A DNA stretch of 64,000 nucleotides, from contig NC_082713.1 in the NCBI RefSeq assembly GCF_030144855.1, positions 144,646,001-144,710,000 on the forward strand, in the 5' to 3' direction. The translations under genes were made by a program, and so were the position numbers. The DNA comes from Hypanus sabinus (lineage: Eukaryota). Below are positions 36,341 through 50,154 of the stretch, one piece after another; within the stretch, counting starts at the first letter, position 1, and every line of letters starts with the position of its first letter. Under the pieces are notes generated by a model. The model was not told the DNA's origin. It was given only the letters and a program-made list of their open reading frames with translations, and made no database searches.

Positions 36341-38770
36341 TACAATACAATAAAACTGATAATCCAGGTCTTCAGCACATAAGTCCTGCTCAGTTTCTAT
36401 ATCAAACTATCAAAACTTCTATCAGTCACATCTTGACTTTTTTTAAACACTAATGAATAAGATGCTAATTTGTCTAATCCCTCTTTTAACTTAATTCAAA
36501 GTAATTCTTGAGCCCTAGTCGTTAATTTAAATGGCAACCTTCAGATTTTCTCAATGTACATTACTTCCTCCATCAGTATACAGTGTCTGGAATTAGTTCC
36601 GTTTACAAAATGCAATGCAATAGCTCACCTCAGCTATTCTGCCAGAATTACCCACGTTTGTAGCATCTACCACCGTGAACAAGGGCTTCACTTACCTGCA
36701 CAATCCCTTCCAATTTGTACACAATCCACTCTTTCTTCACTGGCTCTAAATCCTGGAACTCCCTACTCATCAGGATTGTGCAGTTCAAGAATGCCCATCA
36801 TCTCCTTTGTGAGATATCTCACAGATGGGCAGTTAATCTGGTCTTGTTGGTGATGCTCAGATCCTGCAAAATGAATAAGTGAAAAATAAATACAATTGCC
36901 CTTGCCTCTGGAATTCTGCTATTTGGTCCAAAGTTGTAGTAAGAACTTGAATAATGCACCTGGAAGTATTCAAATTGAGCTTCAGTGAACATATTTTGGT
37001 GAATAAATGGTAGAGCAACTTTGATGACTACCATTAGTGTAAATAGGTAATTAGGATTGGACCTGCTCTACTGTTTGTGTACAGGACGTGTCTGGGACAG
37101 ATGGATGCCAGTATTGTAAGTATATTGGAACCTGGCCAGATCACAGCAGTTCTAGTCTACATTACACTCCTTCCAAAGCCCTCCAGATGTCATGTTAAAT
37201 GCTCATCATACTTAAGCTAATTAGATTTTTAAGTAACATGCCCATGGCATTACCTCCTTAATGTGGTTTACTTGCTGTGCAGTATCCTATCATATTCTGT
37301 ACCTATACTGTTTTAGATACTTTAATCATTGAAATCTCACTTTCAGATTTTCAACATATTAGAATATACAAAGTTCAATTTTTAAGCTGTAAACTGAATT
37401 CTTCATTTTTGAATGGTCAAATCCCTTTGAAGATTTTGCCTATTTACTTAATCTATTAAAATATTGTGTAATTTAATGCTTCCAGAAGGGGAAGTAAAAG
37501 GAGAGACTTACTATCTGCTATGGTGTCATGAGAAGGGAGTGTTTGTTAGTTGAGGTGAAAGAATGAGTACAAGTTCCTTTCAGAATGACGACATGGGAGG
37601 GAATGATTTGCCCAGTGATAGAAATTACAGAGCATAACCATTGAAATGTGGAGACTGATGGATGGAAGATAAGACAAAAGCAGTGAGAGCAGAATTCTGA
37701 GAAATAAAATGGAACACAGCTGAAAAGTGTTGTCAACAATAATAGTTTACCAAGAAAAGACAACATTCTGGAAGCACAAGTGTAAAAAAAAACACTGCTA
37801 GACAAATTAAGAAAACTTAATGGTTTCCTTACAGAAGGTGTTATGAGAGAGGGCACAGTCAGGATAGTTATGCCCTCCCATCCCCTTTTCTGCAATTTAA
37901 AATATTCTTGGTTGCTAACTTCACTCAGTTCCAATAAATGGTCATCAACCTAAAAAACGAACAAGAGAAAATCTGCGGATGCTGGAAATCCAAGCAACAC
38001 ACAGAAAATGCTGGAGGAACTCAGCAGGCTATGCAGCTTCTAGGAAAACAGTACAATCGACGTTTCGGGCCAAAACCCATCAGCAGGACTGGAGAAAAAA
38101 TGCTGAGTAGATTTAAATATTTCATCTTTCATTTAGAATTGTGAGTAGTAGGGTCCCCAACACAGATGCATAATGGCACAATTATTCACGCTGCCATTTT
38201 GGATCTTTCCCCTGTTTGTTCTGCTTCAGGCTACTCAAATCAGTTTCACCAAATTTCATTTCAATTCCAAGAACTCCAATTTTGGCTAGGAGTCTCTGAA
38301 AAAGCACTTTAACAATGCTTCATGAGTCTAACCAAAGGAGTGTTTAAATTTTAGTCAATTTGGATTAGGCTCATGAAGTATTGAGTACCAGCTGAGGTAT
38401 CTGTATAAGATTTTAATATTTCTGGTTACTGAAGAGCATGAAATTAGATGAGTAGACAAATCCCATGCTACTTCATTACATTATCAGTTGTGAGCTCAGC
38501 TTTCTTATTGCTACTTCAATTTTTTTTAGCTCTGAACTCTCTAGGAGCAATAACAATATTACACACAATCACAAAATATATAAAATCAAGACTTGATACA
38601 GCAGTTTGCAAATTACCCGAGAAACTGAAATCTGTTAAAGTGTATAGAAAGCAACAACTTCATTAAATAAACTGAATATTTTGTTTGGATTAATCAGCTT
38701 CTGAACCCAAAGTTGAAATTCTACATTATATCTTTTGCCTGTAGCATGAACAATACTATCACTTCAATTT

Positions 38771-38784
38771 ATATTTTATTTATT
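38771..38784 (-). terminator. Candidate PRDM4 poly(A) signal
   Basis: Overlapping AATAAA on the minus strand (tttatttatt on plus), about 1.1 kb past the PRDM4 stop. Confidence 0.5.
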
Positions 38785-39854
38785 ACAGTTTAATTGGAAT
38801 GTAAAGGATAATGTTACAAACATTTACAAATATACATAGGTGCAGATGTCAACAATATACATTCTGGCTAACAACCTTTTATCTGTTTATCCATAGCTTT
38901 ACCTGTTATTGTACAAAAAACATTTTAAAATCATTCCAGTATCACAAAGAGGTATGTGGTGGCTACCCAAAGCTGAGAGCCAGAGTTAAAAGTCTGAGCT
39001 TTGCTCTTTAATTACAGAACAGCAGAAAACATGTGTCTCCGTCCTATCAGTTACTTTTGTGTATGTTTGCATCTAGTCTACATGGAAAAGTTTTGAAGAT
39101 AAATCAATTTTTGTAATATTAGTTCTTGACAAAGCTGTAAGTGTATACAGGCATAACTGTCCTCTGCTGAGTTTTATTACACTGGATTGTGCAGTCTAAG
39201 GGAAACAAACAATCTCAGCTAATACATTTAATACCTTGAAGCATTGTTAAAAGTTTGCAATTTACATTGCATGTTGATGAAACTTCACTTTTTCTGGACA
39301 TTGGTATTAATTGGAAACAAGATGTTATAAGTTGGTAAATAGTTCCTCAGTCAATAAGGCAAAATACTGTCACTGAGCTGTCTTCAATCATTTGTCAATG
39401 AGCTGTATGATTCACTATATTATTTATATGGGATAGGATTGGCAAAATATTTTATAAAATTTTGATGTTTAAACTGTGAATGGGAAGTCCTCATTTTAGA
39501 ATCTCACTAAACATGCTAGTGAATATGGAGCAAACAGATGCTCAGATGCAGACTTTCAAGCTGCCCACCATTGTTGCATTATTATTGCAACATTTCCTGT
39601 TGCTCCATATGGCGTGACAATCTTGCATTTGATCCAATTAAGTAAAAAAAAAGTTGGATTCTAGATTCCATTATGCCAATCATTTACAACACTGAAATCT
39701 GAGCAGCCATTAACCTCTTGCAGCAATGAAAACGGCAATAAGTTCAAGAACAGGTTTCTGCTTAGAAGAGCACACGTATTTTCAAAGTTCTATCCCCAGC
39801 TATGCTTCATGCATCTTGTTGGGACAATCACTAAAGTAATTTGCAGTACTTGTA

Positions 39855-40164
39855 TTATTGAGAACTGTCTTCTGTGGTGTAATCTTCATTGGTTAAATGG
39901 CAAGTCCCACTGCCAGCCTGTAACAATTCTTCTTCACTATCTACTTCGTCATCATCCTCTTCCTCTAGATCTTGTATGGGCAGGCATGTCTTGGAGCCTT
40001 TGCAAATTTTAAGGTGTCTAGTCAAATGATACTTTGTTAAGAATGCTTTTGAACACTTTTCACAAATGAAATCCCTTCTTCCTTCATGAGAATTCAGATG
40101 TTTCTTTAAGTGGGTTGTCCTCCAGAAGAGTTTGTCACAATTTGGACACTTGATCTGTCGCTCT
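39855..40164 (-). CDS. PRDM4: PRDM4 last coding exon (C2H2 fingers, acidic tail)
   Basis: catgtag| acceptor. Encodes ERQIKCPNCDKLFWRTTHLKKHLNSHEGRRDFICEKCSKAFLTKYHLTRHLKICKG...EEEDDDEVDSEEE...SSQ, then TAA. Confidence 0.95.
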
Positions 40165-40961
40165 CTACATGGAAATGTGAAGACTAGGTTAAAATTTTTC
40201 AATAAAATTCAGTGCTTTTGAATGAATGTCATGCACAAATGTAATTCCAAAGAAATACATCTCAGTTCTAACCTGCAACAAAAGTCAAAGAAGCCTACTA
40301 TCATCCAGAGCCATCTGAATTGCTGGAAGCTAATATCAACTTGCATGGGTAACTTATATTTGAATAGTATTCCTATATGTCCCCCAAGTAGCGTGGTTAG
40401 TGTATTGCTTTACAGTGCAGCAATCGGAAAATCGGTGTTCAATTCCTGCCGTAGTCTGTAGTTTGTATCTTCTTCCCATGACCATCCTCCAGGTGCTCCG
40501 GTTTCCTCCCACATCCCAAATCAAAGAAGTATGCATTAAGGTTTGGAAGTTGTAGGCATGCTATGTAGGCACTGGAAGCAAGGCAACACAGGAGGGCTGC
40601 CCCAACACATCACAAATGATGATGCAAGTGTGGCATTTCACTGTATGTTTCGATGTACATGTGACAAATAAAGCTAATATTTCAAACCTTTGCAATCTGT
40701 TGCCTTTTGATTCAACCATGCAAGATGATCCTAGGGTAACGACCTATCTTGGCTCAGAGTCAGAGGCTCTGTATCCAAGCCTCATTCTGGAGATGAGCAT
40801 ATAAGCTGACCTTCAAGTGCATGTTAAAGGAATATTGAATTTTAATAGCTGCTGCCTTTTGATAAGATATTAAACTGCATCTGTATACTTAATTGACAAG
40901 GAAGATCCTAAGGCGTTCTTTAAAGAAAAATAAGATAGGTCTTCCACAAATGATAACCTAC

Positions 40962-41130
40962 TGTGTATGGGTCACCACGTGTTGACGGAGATCTTGCCTC
41001 CGCATGAACATTTTTTCACAGTAATCACACTTCAGGTTCTTCTCTCCTGTGTGGATAATCATGTGCGAGGCCAGGTGAGCCTTCTGCGTAAAGGACTTGT
41101 CACACATTTCACAGCGATAGTTTTTCTGAC
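40962..41130 (-). CDS. PRDM4: PRDM4 coding exon (two C2H2 fingers)
   Basis: accag| acceptor, |gtaggt donor, 169 nt. Encodes QKNYRCEMCDKSFTQKAHLASHMIIHTGEKNLKCDYCEKMFMRRQDLRQHVVTHT. Not in the ORF track. Confidence 0.95.
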
Positions 41131-42582
41131 CTGGTAAAAAGGTAAATTATTTAAATTTGTTCAGACACTTCATTGCAGTACATGTATTTTCATTGTTATC
41201 CATTTATATTCAGTTTTAAGGGAAGTATTCTTATTTGGATGCTGAAACATTTTTCCATTGTGTGGTTGATTAAGACTTAACTAATCCATTCATCTGGCTG
41301 GTCTTTGCTTCCAAGCTTAAACTCAACCTGATCTACCACCTAGTATTGGTCTGGTTCAGTTTGTACATTGACACCAACCTTGCTGAATTATAGTGAGACC
41401 TACTTTACCAGGACCTTAAATATAATTTTCTTTAGTGCTTAAGCACCTGAATACCCTTTACCATCCCGGTTAGTGAAACTTCCAGCCTTTCTAACCCCAC
41501 TCACCACTATAATTCATCTATTCTTTTGACATTTTATTTCTTGTACATTTCTTCCACTGCTGAGTCCTGGTTTCTGCAATGTCCTCCCTATAACTGTCTC
41601 ATCTCCTTTGTGACCCTCATCAAAAATACTTGTTTTATCAGATGAATTTTAGTTACCATTTTTAATATCTCCATGTTGCACTCGACATTATTGCATTTGT
41701 AAAATTTATGTCTTAGAATATTTTCAGTGTTAAAATGCACAATGTTAAACCAAGTTATTGTGCCTTATATTTTTCAGAACCTAGAATATCAACAATAAAT
41801 TGCACAGTAGTTCTGTAGCTATCTATATAACTGTGGTAAGCATATTTGGTGATTATGATGTTAGTTCAGAGGGAAATGGTGGTCAAAGCATTAGAACCAT
41901 GTCTCATCCTTTATTAATAGTAAAGAACCTTTTAAATTCCATTTGAGCCATCAAAATAGGTAACTGCACAGCAACACCAACAATGCATTTTTGTAGTGTC
42001 AGCACAGATTGTGTGCTCAAATCAATCACATATTTTGAGTCTTTTTTTCTATGAATTGTTAAGAGGAGTTGTGGTTCTTTTTTTAATATTAGCTCAATAT
42101 TATACTATACATGATTTTGACAGTGTAGTTTTTTTGTTTGTACTTTAATTGAAATATGTACTTAAGATAACTTCTCCTGACTTGTATCATTCTTTTAAAT
42201 CAATAAAAAAATTGAAAGTGAAATCACATATATCAACTATCCGTGTTGCAATATCACATTACGGAGAACTCCAGAAAGATGCAGTTATGTCAAACTTGTA
42301 ACTGTGCAAATGGTTTCGATAGCTAGTATTCATTTCCAACATCTGACAGCTGATTTCTATTCCCAATATGGAGCAGAATTTTACATCTAGACACAAAAAA
42401 GTAATTTAGTTCCCAGCTGAAAATGCTGGACAGAAATGAATATTGTCTTTAAAAAATGCTCAATGACATCTTCCCAGATTTTACTAAGCACACAGAAAAT
42501 GCTAAGAAAAAAAAATCCCTAACAAGCTGTAGAGCCCAAAGAAAAATTTAGTAAATAGCTCAGTTGCAAATAGGTAACATAC

Positions 42583-42849
42583 CCGTGTGGATTTTGAGAT
42601 GGGTTCGCAGGTTGCTGGGATCACTGAAAGCCTTGCTGCAGAATTCACATTTGTGTGGCTTCATCCCCATGTGCCCCATCATATGAACATTCAGTTTGGT
42701 AGAGGAGGTAAAAGCTCTTGGGCAGATGGAGCATTTCCACTTCCTCTCCCGATTCTGTCCATGGCTGCTTAGATGCAACTTCAGTTCACTATACGTCCCA
42801 TAAGCCTTCCCACAATGACACATATGCACATCCGGATGCTCAGGAACCC
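42583..42849 (-). CDS. PRDM4: PRDM4 coding exon (zinc fingers)
   Basis: tgaag| acceptor, |gtatgt donor, 267 nt. Encodes [14 protein letters not shown]...[13 protein letters not shown]...[26 protein letters not shown]. Confidence 0.95.
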
Positions 42850-44082
42850 CTTCAACAAAATAAATGTACACATTCCATTCCTTAAAGTCAGTGAATATAT
42901 TTCAGAGTAGAACCATAAGTGCCTTTTGTCATCTTATGTAGGAAACAGGGAAAGCAAAGGATTTGTTGTTATAGTAATCTTAATTAAAGGTACCAATGTA
43001 TCGTGGACCAGTAGCTCAAAGTTTCCTCCATAATACAATGTGGTGCTATATGATGTAATTTTGACCAGTAATTAATTTTCTTACTAAAGGTGGTCATTTG
43101 GCCCCCTCAGGTCTATGGTCAGCTCTCAGAGCAGCTGCATCAAACCCATTCCCCAATTTATTTCCCTGCAATATTTCTTTTTCCCCCTCCCTCACCATAT
43201 TAACCATTACATCTGGGAGGAAGCTCGAACATTAAGGGGAAACTCACATAGACACACAAGAATGCAAGCTCCACTGAGATCACTAAAAGTAAGGACTGAA
43301 CCGGGGCTGCTGGAGCTGCAAGGCAGCAGCAGTACTGGCTGGCCCATTTTCTGGTGCCTAATTTCAGTCCTCATTAGACAGACTACCTGTTCATTTTCAA
43401 AGGCATGTGTATTCTGCATTTACAGGGAAATATTTGTGAAATGGGAAACTTTATTTGCACAGTAGATATATATAACATTAAAAATTATCCTACTTCAGAT
43501 AAGTTTCCCAGCTTTTGTATGTATTAAATCAGAGAATAATTTATGATAGACAAACAAGAAAAAATATGCAAATTGAAGAAAAATTTTAAAAATACATTAA
43601 AGTATTTAAAAAACTTGCAGGACATATCACATTCTTCCTAATTTTAATCTCTAGTTTAATAACTTAAAATTGGATTCTTAAATTTCAGTGTATTCAGGTA
43701 GTTGACCTGTTACCCATAAAACAATGAGCATTAGCAATTGTTATTATATACTGAATGTTTTGATTTTCTTTACGTTTACTGTGATCAACAGGGTGAATGC
43801 AGTGCCAGTAAGTTTTCATTTCAGATGTTCTAAAACAAACACCTAACTCCCAGACCACTTGAACACAGGATAGCCAGGTAGATAGGGCAGCTCCCAGAGA
43901 TGTTCCAGCTTTGTTTAAGAATGTGAATTATCATTGTCGTTATTTAACTGTATCATGAAACTTAAATTTGTGACGGGAGTGAACAGAGGTTAAACAGCCA
44001 TAAAAATGTTAAAATCGTTTTGTCAAAATACCCAAAATAATTGACAAATATAAATCTAACTCAAAGGAAAAGGAAGTCTCAC

Positions 44083-44210
44083 CCAGTTGCCTTGAGTAAT
44101 CCCTACTGTAGTAAAAGAGTAGCTCATGGTCAGGGGGAATCTCCCTGGATGTACAGAAATAAATCTTCCCATTATGAGGATAAGCCACCAAATTTTGCTC
44201 CTCACGAGTC
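44083..44210 (-). CDS. PRDM4: PRDM4 coding exon (end of PR/SET domain)
   Basis: ttttag| acceptor, |gtgaga donor, 128 nt. Encodes TREEQNLVAYPHNGKIYFCTSREIPPDHELLFYYSRDYSRQL. Confidence 0.95.
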
Positions 44211-44521
44211 CTAAAAGACATGCAGTAACTAATGATAATGTTTCAATGTTTACACCCACAATACATTTATACATTATATCACTGAATAGTTTTAATTTTT
44301 TTGATAGTCTTCCCATTTTTGTAAACCGTTATTCTGAACATACAAATGGGTAATTTTTCCATATCATTTTCTGATATCAGAAACAATTTTAATAGAAAAA
44401 CAAGAATATTCAAGCACTGGAGTTTAACTCAAGGCTGCCATAGCCTAGCCAGTGTATTATCCTTTGAGCGTGACGCAGCTCACATCCTTACAATCCGTAT
44501 GCCTGGCTCAAATTAACTCAC

Positions 44522-44607
44522 CTGGCTCTGTGCACAAACATCATCCAGTTACAGATGCTCTCATCTGCTGTGACTATTTGGAATTCCAGAACATAATTGC
44601 GAAATAT
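44522..44607 (-). CDS. PRDM4: PRDM4 coding exon (PR domain, NWMMFV motif)
   Basis: atccag| acceptor, |gtgagt donor, 86 nt. Encodes IFRNYVLEFQIVTADESICNWMMFVHRA. Confidence 0.93.
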
Positions 44608-45792
44608 CTGGATTAAAAAACAAATAAATGGCAGAGCATGCAGGACCTTTTCAATGGACTGTGCAGTGACAAATTAGACTGTGCAAGGACAAATTAGACT
44701 TTAACAAAATCTTACCCAAGTGTAGCAAAAAAATGAGATTCAGATTCAGAACAATCAAGTATAATACATAAACTTAACTATATTACTACATTTATCAGAG
44801 GATACAGCACCATATAAAAACTCAGAACTTTGTGCACATTCATTCAGCTCATCTATTTAATCATTGTTGACAAGTCAAAATCGCATTAAAATCACTGATC
44901 TGTCCACCCAATCACAGTCCCTGTGTGACCATTTGAGATAGCACTTATATGTCAATGCTTCTGACTTCAGTTACAATCTTGCTTTATGCAGGTTTGTTCC
45001 CTTGACCTTTATAGTACATGTATCCATATCCTCTGAGACTAGGATTAGCCTTTTAGCTATTTTCTGTTTCTCTTTTGCCTTCGTACATGCAGTACTCAAA
45101 ATGCCGGTCTGAAAGGAGCCCATCTGGGCTTCATTCAAGGCTAAAAAATATAATATATTAAGGTTGTTAGATAGCTGAAAAGAAAACAGATATTGGAAAT
45201 TTGAAATTAAGTTTTGTGTAAGGTTGTGAAGGAAAAGCATTTCAGGACGTATATTGTACACATTTCTCTGACATTATATGTACCTTTGAAAATTCTGGAC
45301 ACACTTTGCAAGTTGGACAAGGATAGAGAAGAGTTACCTGTCACCAGCCTGAAAGATGCCTCTTTGTGTTTCGCTATAGAAGCTGCTTGACCTCCTATAA
45401 GTTTCCTACATTTCCTATTTTATCTCTGACCTAAGAACTAAGCATTTTATTTACTTTGTTCATTAATGTTATGCTGTTGTTCAGAATGATTGCTTTTGAC
45501 TTGACTAGCTCTCCCTGTCTTCTTGAACTCTTTTTCCTAGGTAAGTTACCTAATGGACAAGAAAAATTACACACACATATATATTGTACAAATCAAGGGC
45601 ACATCCAATGACACCATTTGTTAATACTATTTTAATTATTAATCTGAAATTTGATTAGTCACATTGATTCCCAATTGATCAGTAGCTTATTTCAGACGAA
45701 AGGGTATATTGCTCTAATCTTTCAGCACCAAGCTTTTAAAATGCAATCAAGAACAAAGATTTGTTTTCGTGGTATATTTCAGTCATACTAAC

Positions 45793-45911
45793 TTTCCAGA
45801 TATTGGTGCTGCTTTTACTTGACCAGTCAGTGATTTCCATTAGGTTAATCTGCTGTCCAATCAAAGGTCCAAAACAGGTGCGTACAGGGATTGCTTCTTG
45901 ACTCCACACAC
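45793..45911 (-). CDS. PRDM4: PRDM4 coding exon (PR domain)
   Basis: ggtag| acceptor, |gttagt donor, 119 nt. Encodes GVWSQEAIPVRTCFGPLIGQQINLMEITDWSSKSSTNIWK. Confidence 0.93.
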
Positions 45912-46199
45912 CTACCAAAGATCAGGTACAATGAGTCAGCTGGGACAAACAATATAAAACACATTCAGCACTCCGCAACAAACTAACCTAAACAGTTTGC
46001 TGATACAGTCTCAGTAATTTAGTCAGAGACTGTTGGAATAATCAATCAAATGGTGATTATTTTAGTGAATTGTCTGAGTATTAGAGCAAGTGCAGTGAAT
46101 GGGCAAGTTGCAAATCAGTGAGTCACAGTCTAATCTCCAGGTCAAGTTCTGTGAACAGACACAGTCAGTACCCTTGGGAAATCTCAGTGATACACTGTC

Positions 46200-46450
46200 A
46201 ATGTGCCAGGGAAATCAATTTCTCAAATTAACAGTTTGGAACTGGATTCCCTGGTGGTCGTGTCTGAGAGGAGGATGCTGCAGAAGCTACGGAGCATTAT
46301 GGACAATCCCTCTCACCCCCTCCATGGCATACTGGACAAACAGAGGAAAACCTTTATTAACAGTTTGATTCTACCAAAGTGCACAACTGAATGCCACAGG
46401 AGATCCTTTCTCCCGATGACTATAAGACTCTACAATTCCTCCTCCTAAGT
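46200..46450 (+). mobile_element. Rex1/Babar-like LINE 3' fragment
   Basis: ORF 46203-46448: VVVSERRMLQKLRSIMDNPSHPLH...LILPKCTTECHRRSFLPMTIRLYNSS. Confidence 0.75.
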
Positions 46451-47255
46451 ATATGGTTTCATTTCACATCTGTATTTTGCACAATTACTTTTTAATGCAC
46501 ATTTTGGTTTTTTTGTACCTCAATGTTTACATTTTGTATTTTAAGGTATATATTTCTGACTGAACAACCTTGCAACAATAATTAAAACAAAGTTTTAACT
46601 TAAAATATTTCTGTGAGTTACGCAAATTCTAGAGCCATCTTAATGAAAAAGTCTGTGTACAGGGTCAATTTCAGCGAGATTCAGTCAGTGTGATGGGCCA
46701 ATCTCATTAATTCAATCAATCTGTCCTTTAAGACAACAAATGATTTTAATTAAGACAATCAGCATGATTGAACAGTATTAACAATAAAGTTTTCTGCTGG
46801 TCCTGATGGATGTTTTGAACAAAACACTTTTATAACAGGTTTGGAGTGCAAGGCCCTTCTATGACACATGACACTTTGGTCTATGATAGAACATCACTGC
46901 CAAAGGGGCTTGGACTAAGCTGGAATCAGCAAGCCAATTAAACAACTGAAGCACATTATAATTTATAATTCTAGGATAGATAAAAATATAGGATGTAGAT
47001 TTATAGAACAATGAAATAACTGAAGATTAGCCAGGACTGAGAAGGATGGAAAGCAGGAGAATATATAAACCAGCTGGTATTGGTGTGGAATAATGGCTGA
47101 TTTAGAGGATGTTTTATAAATTAACCAATAGATTTAACATATACTAGAGGTAGGTTAAGTGGATACATTTTTAAATGATGCTGTTAAAAGGACCAGAGTT
47201 TAATTTTCATGAAAAAGTGCAAAACTCTCAAACTAAAATAAACAACAGTGTATGA

Positions 47256-47436
47256 GTAAGAGAAAATCTGTAGATGCTGGAAATCCAAGCAACACCCACA
47301 AAATGCTGGAGGAACTCAGCAGGTCAGGCAGCATCTAGGAAAAGAGTACAGTTGACATTTTGGGCCAAAGGGTGTCGGCCCAAAACATCGACTGTGCTCT
47401 TTTCCTAGATGCTGCCTGGCCCACTGAGTTCCTAAT
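47256..47436. mobile_element. Penelope-derived fold-back element, 9-bp TSD
   Basis: agtgtatga at 47247-55 and 47437-45; inverted arms ggaactcagcaggtcaggcagcatctaggaaaagag / ctcttttcctagatgctgcctggcccactgagttcc. Confidence 0.75.
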
Positions 47437-47575
47437 AGTGTATGAATGCCATGTTATTAACATATCTACTTGCAAGACCATTACTATATCCTATACCAGC
47501 CAAAAAAATAATTTTTACCACAAAATCCCAGAAGAATCTTATTTTACAGATAATGAAACAAAACCTCCCACACAC

Positions 47576-47725
47576 CAACATCTTCCCCAGTAATGGACTG
47601 CCTGAGGGTCAGCTGCCTTGGAATCGAGAGTCTGGCTCGGCTGTTAACTGGAGTGTCTGGAATGAAAGTCATGGCTCCATGTTCGGGACAGTCTGCGGGG
47701 TAAGCCCGATCACACAGAGTACACC
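47576..47725 (-). CDS. PRDM4: PRDM4 coding exon (PR zinc knuckle)
   Basis: cttcag| acceptor, |gtgtgt donor, 150 nt. Encodes WCTLCDRAYPADCPEHGAMTFIPDTPVNSRARLSIPRQLTLRQSITGEDV. Confidence 0.92.
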
Positions 47726-49181
47726 CTGAAGAACAGGAAGAAGGAGAGTTACACCAAAACCACACATTCAAGCGACCCTATTAAAAGTTTTTGGATAATG
47801 CAGCCAGCTCCCAAAGCCATAGTCACAACCAACCTGTGACCTAGCAAGACAAACCAATAACAAAATCAACTTTTACCACCTTTAATATCATAATGCAGTA
47901 GTTCATGTAACATTTAACACTGCCAGCAACCCTGGTTCAATTCCTGCCACTGCTTGTAAAGGATTTGTATGTTCTCCTTGTGATTGCATGGGTTTCCTCC
48001 CACATCCCAAAAACATACTATTGTTGTGTCCCTTTCCACGCCTTCTGGCGCATCGGGTGGCAACCTTGCCATTTCTTTAGCATTTATTGTATTTTTTTTA
48101 ACAAGGCTGAGCTGCTGGCTCGGCACACAATCAACTACATATGTAAAGTGTGCAAGGAGCTAGCCAGATTTGAACCCAGGACAACTCGCCTTGCTCTGGT
48201 GGGACGCCAATACACCACCAGCCAGCAGGCAGACTGCTTAGTAGGTTAATTGGTCACATGAGTGTAATTGGGCAGCATGGGCTTACTGAGCCAGAAGGGC
48301 CTGTTACTGTGCTGTATCTCTAAATAAAAATAAACAAATTGAAAATAATACTGAAACGATGGCTATCCATGAATGTATCATCAATACCATACCAGATGGG
48401 GAATATTACAGCAGATAATCAAAAACACAACCATAGAAGTTATATCTTAAAAGAAGTAGAGTTATTACAGAACTGGCATCTTGGCAACTGGATGTCAATG
48501 ATGCAACAATTAATTCTGAAATAAGTAAGTGACCCCAAATCAATGGAGAAGAAAGATCTTTGAGGTTAGGTGGCTGCAGAAAATAACACAGCAAGGGACA
48601 AAATGATGATGGGATTTGTAAACAAGAGACCTAATACCAAAATTAGGTGTTGCTTCTTCAGGAGCCAGCATTGGTCTTGCAAGCACTGTGGCAATGAATG
48701 AACGGGACATAGGTAATCGACAGCAGAGTTTTCAATAACTTCAGGCTTACATTCATGTACTTCTGTCTAGGTTTTTGCTCTTGTTCTTCTGTGCATATGG
48801 TGTGCAAAAAGCACAGAGGGTACTGGGTGTTCAGTGATGTTAAGTGGTAAACAATGCACATTTTGTTCCTGCTTGCACACAATCGTTCTGCACAAATGAG
48901 CAACACACGGCAGGAGCCTGGCCATTATTTCCTTCCAAGCAGCTCCTTCTTTAAGTAGGTACTTTGCTCTCTGCATTAGCAATCGTGTGAGCAAAATGTT
49001 TTTATACTCACAGGTTCATTCTATCACACTTCAATAGTTCACAGAGCATAGCTGTCAGGAAATCTCACACTAAGGTGGAATGAGAACCTCCGGAGCGGCA
49101 TGTCAGTGTACCATTTGAAGCACATTACAATTTCCATATCCATTTAATTTCACAAACAATGATGCTGACAAAAAAACTTAC

Positions 49182-49979
49182 AGATTGTGAAAGAATCCGT
49201 GAGGTTTTCTTTATTGGAACTGGAGTCCTCTATCTGCAGAGATCCTGACACAAATGTAAGGTTTTCTGCAGACACATCAACCTGGTTGGAACTCATGGAG
49301 ACATCGGTTGTAATGGTGGAAACAGAGACTGTGTCCAGTCCAAGGCTGGATCCGTGTAGAGGTACCGGCTCGAGTGAAGATAAGGAGTGAGAGGAAGGAA
49401 GAGCCACTCCTCCAGGGTTTGGGTTCAGTGTGGCAGGATGGATGGAGTCAGTCAAAGAATTCTCAGACATGTTGCTTACCCGGCCAGTCATTGGCTCCGG
49501 TTCCATGACAACTGGCAACTCCAGAGAGTTTGCATGAATTGGAATCACTGTATTCTGTCCTACTACTGCCTCTGGCTCCAAGTTATTCTGCACTGATTCC
49601 ACAGTTATTGTTTCATGGCTTCTAGACCCAGAGGGCAATGTCTGTGGCTCTCCTGTGACCCCACTTATTGTCATCTCTTCACTCATTCCTTCCGCTGAGA
49701 TGGGGCTGTTTACTCTGGAAACTGTTTCCATAGAGATACTGGCATCCAATGGGACCTCTGGGTTGCTGTTCTGGTGCAGATTTTGGGAACTATGAGTTCC
49801 TACTTGTCTTGAGTCAATTGAGACGATGCCAGACTCCAAACTCACTCCACCACTGGATTCATAATGATCTAGGCTAGGTGGGTTGCTGGAGACAGACAGT
49901 CCAGGGCTGCCATCTACACTGATCGCTGTGGGGTGAATGTATTGGGGAGGTGGTCGGTCAGCCAAGTAGGACAAAATAC
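49182..49979 (-). CDS. PRDM4: PRDM4 large N-terminal coding exon
   Basis: ttgcag| acceptor, |gtaagt donor, 798 nt. Encodes ILSYLADRPPPQYIHP...LELPVVME...EDSSSNKENLTDSFTI. Confidence 0.95.
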
Positions 49980-50154
49980 CTGCAAGAAGGATACAAATTT
50001 AAACTAGTGGGAAAGCGAAAAACATTCATTTCAGATCAATCTATGTCTTCCCCACTAAACATTTAAGAAAACAAAGTGGAATTGATAGGAACAGAATTTC
50101 TGCGTGAAAACAGAAAAGTGGAAAGTAATTTGAAATGCTTGTTATTCATGTGCC

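Noticed and set aside
44658-44700. 20-bp tandem duplication gactgtgca..gacaaatta near a PRDM4 acceptor
   Set aside because: Ordinary slippage duplication with no evident consequence.
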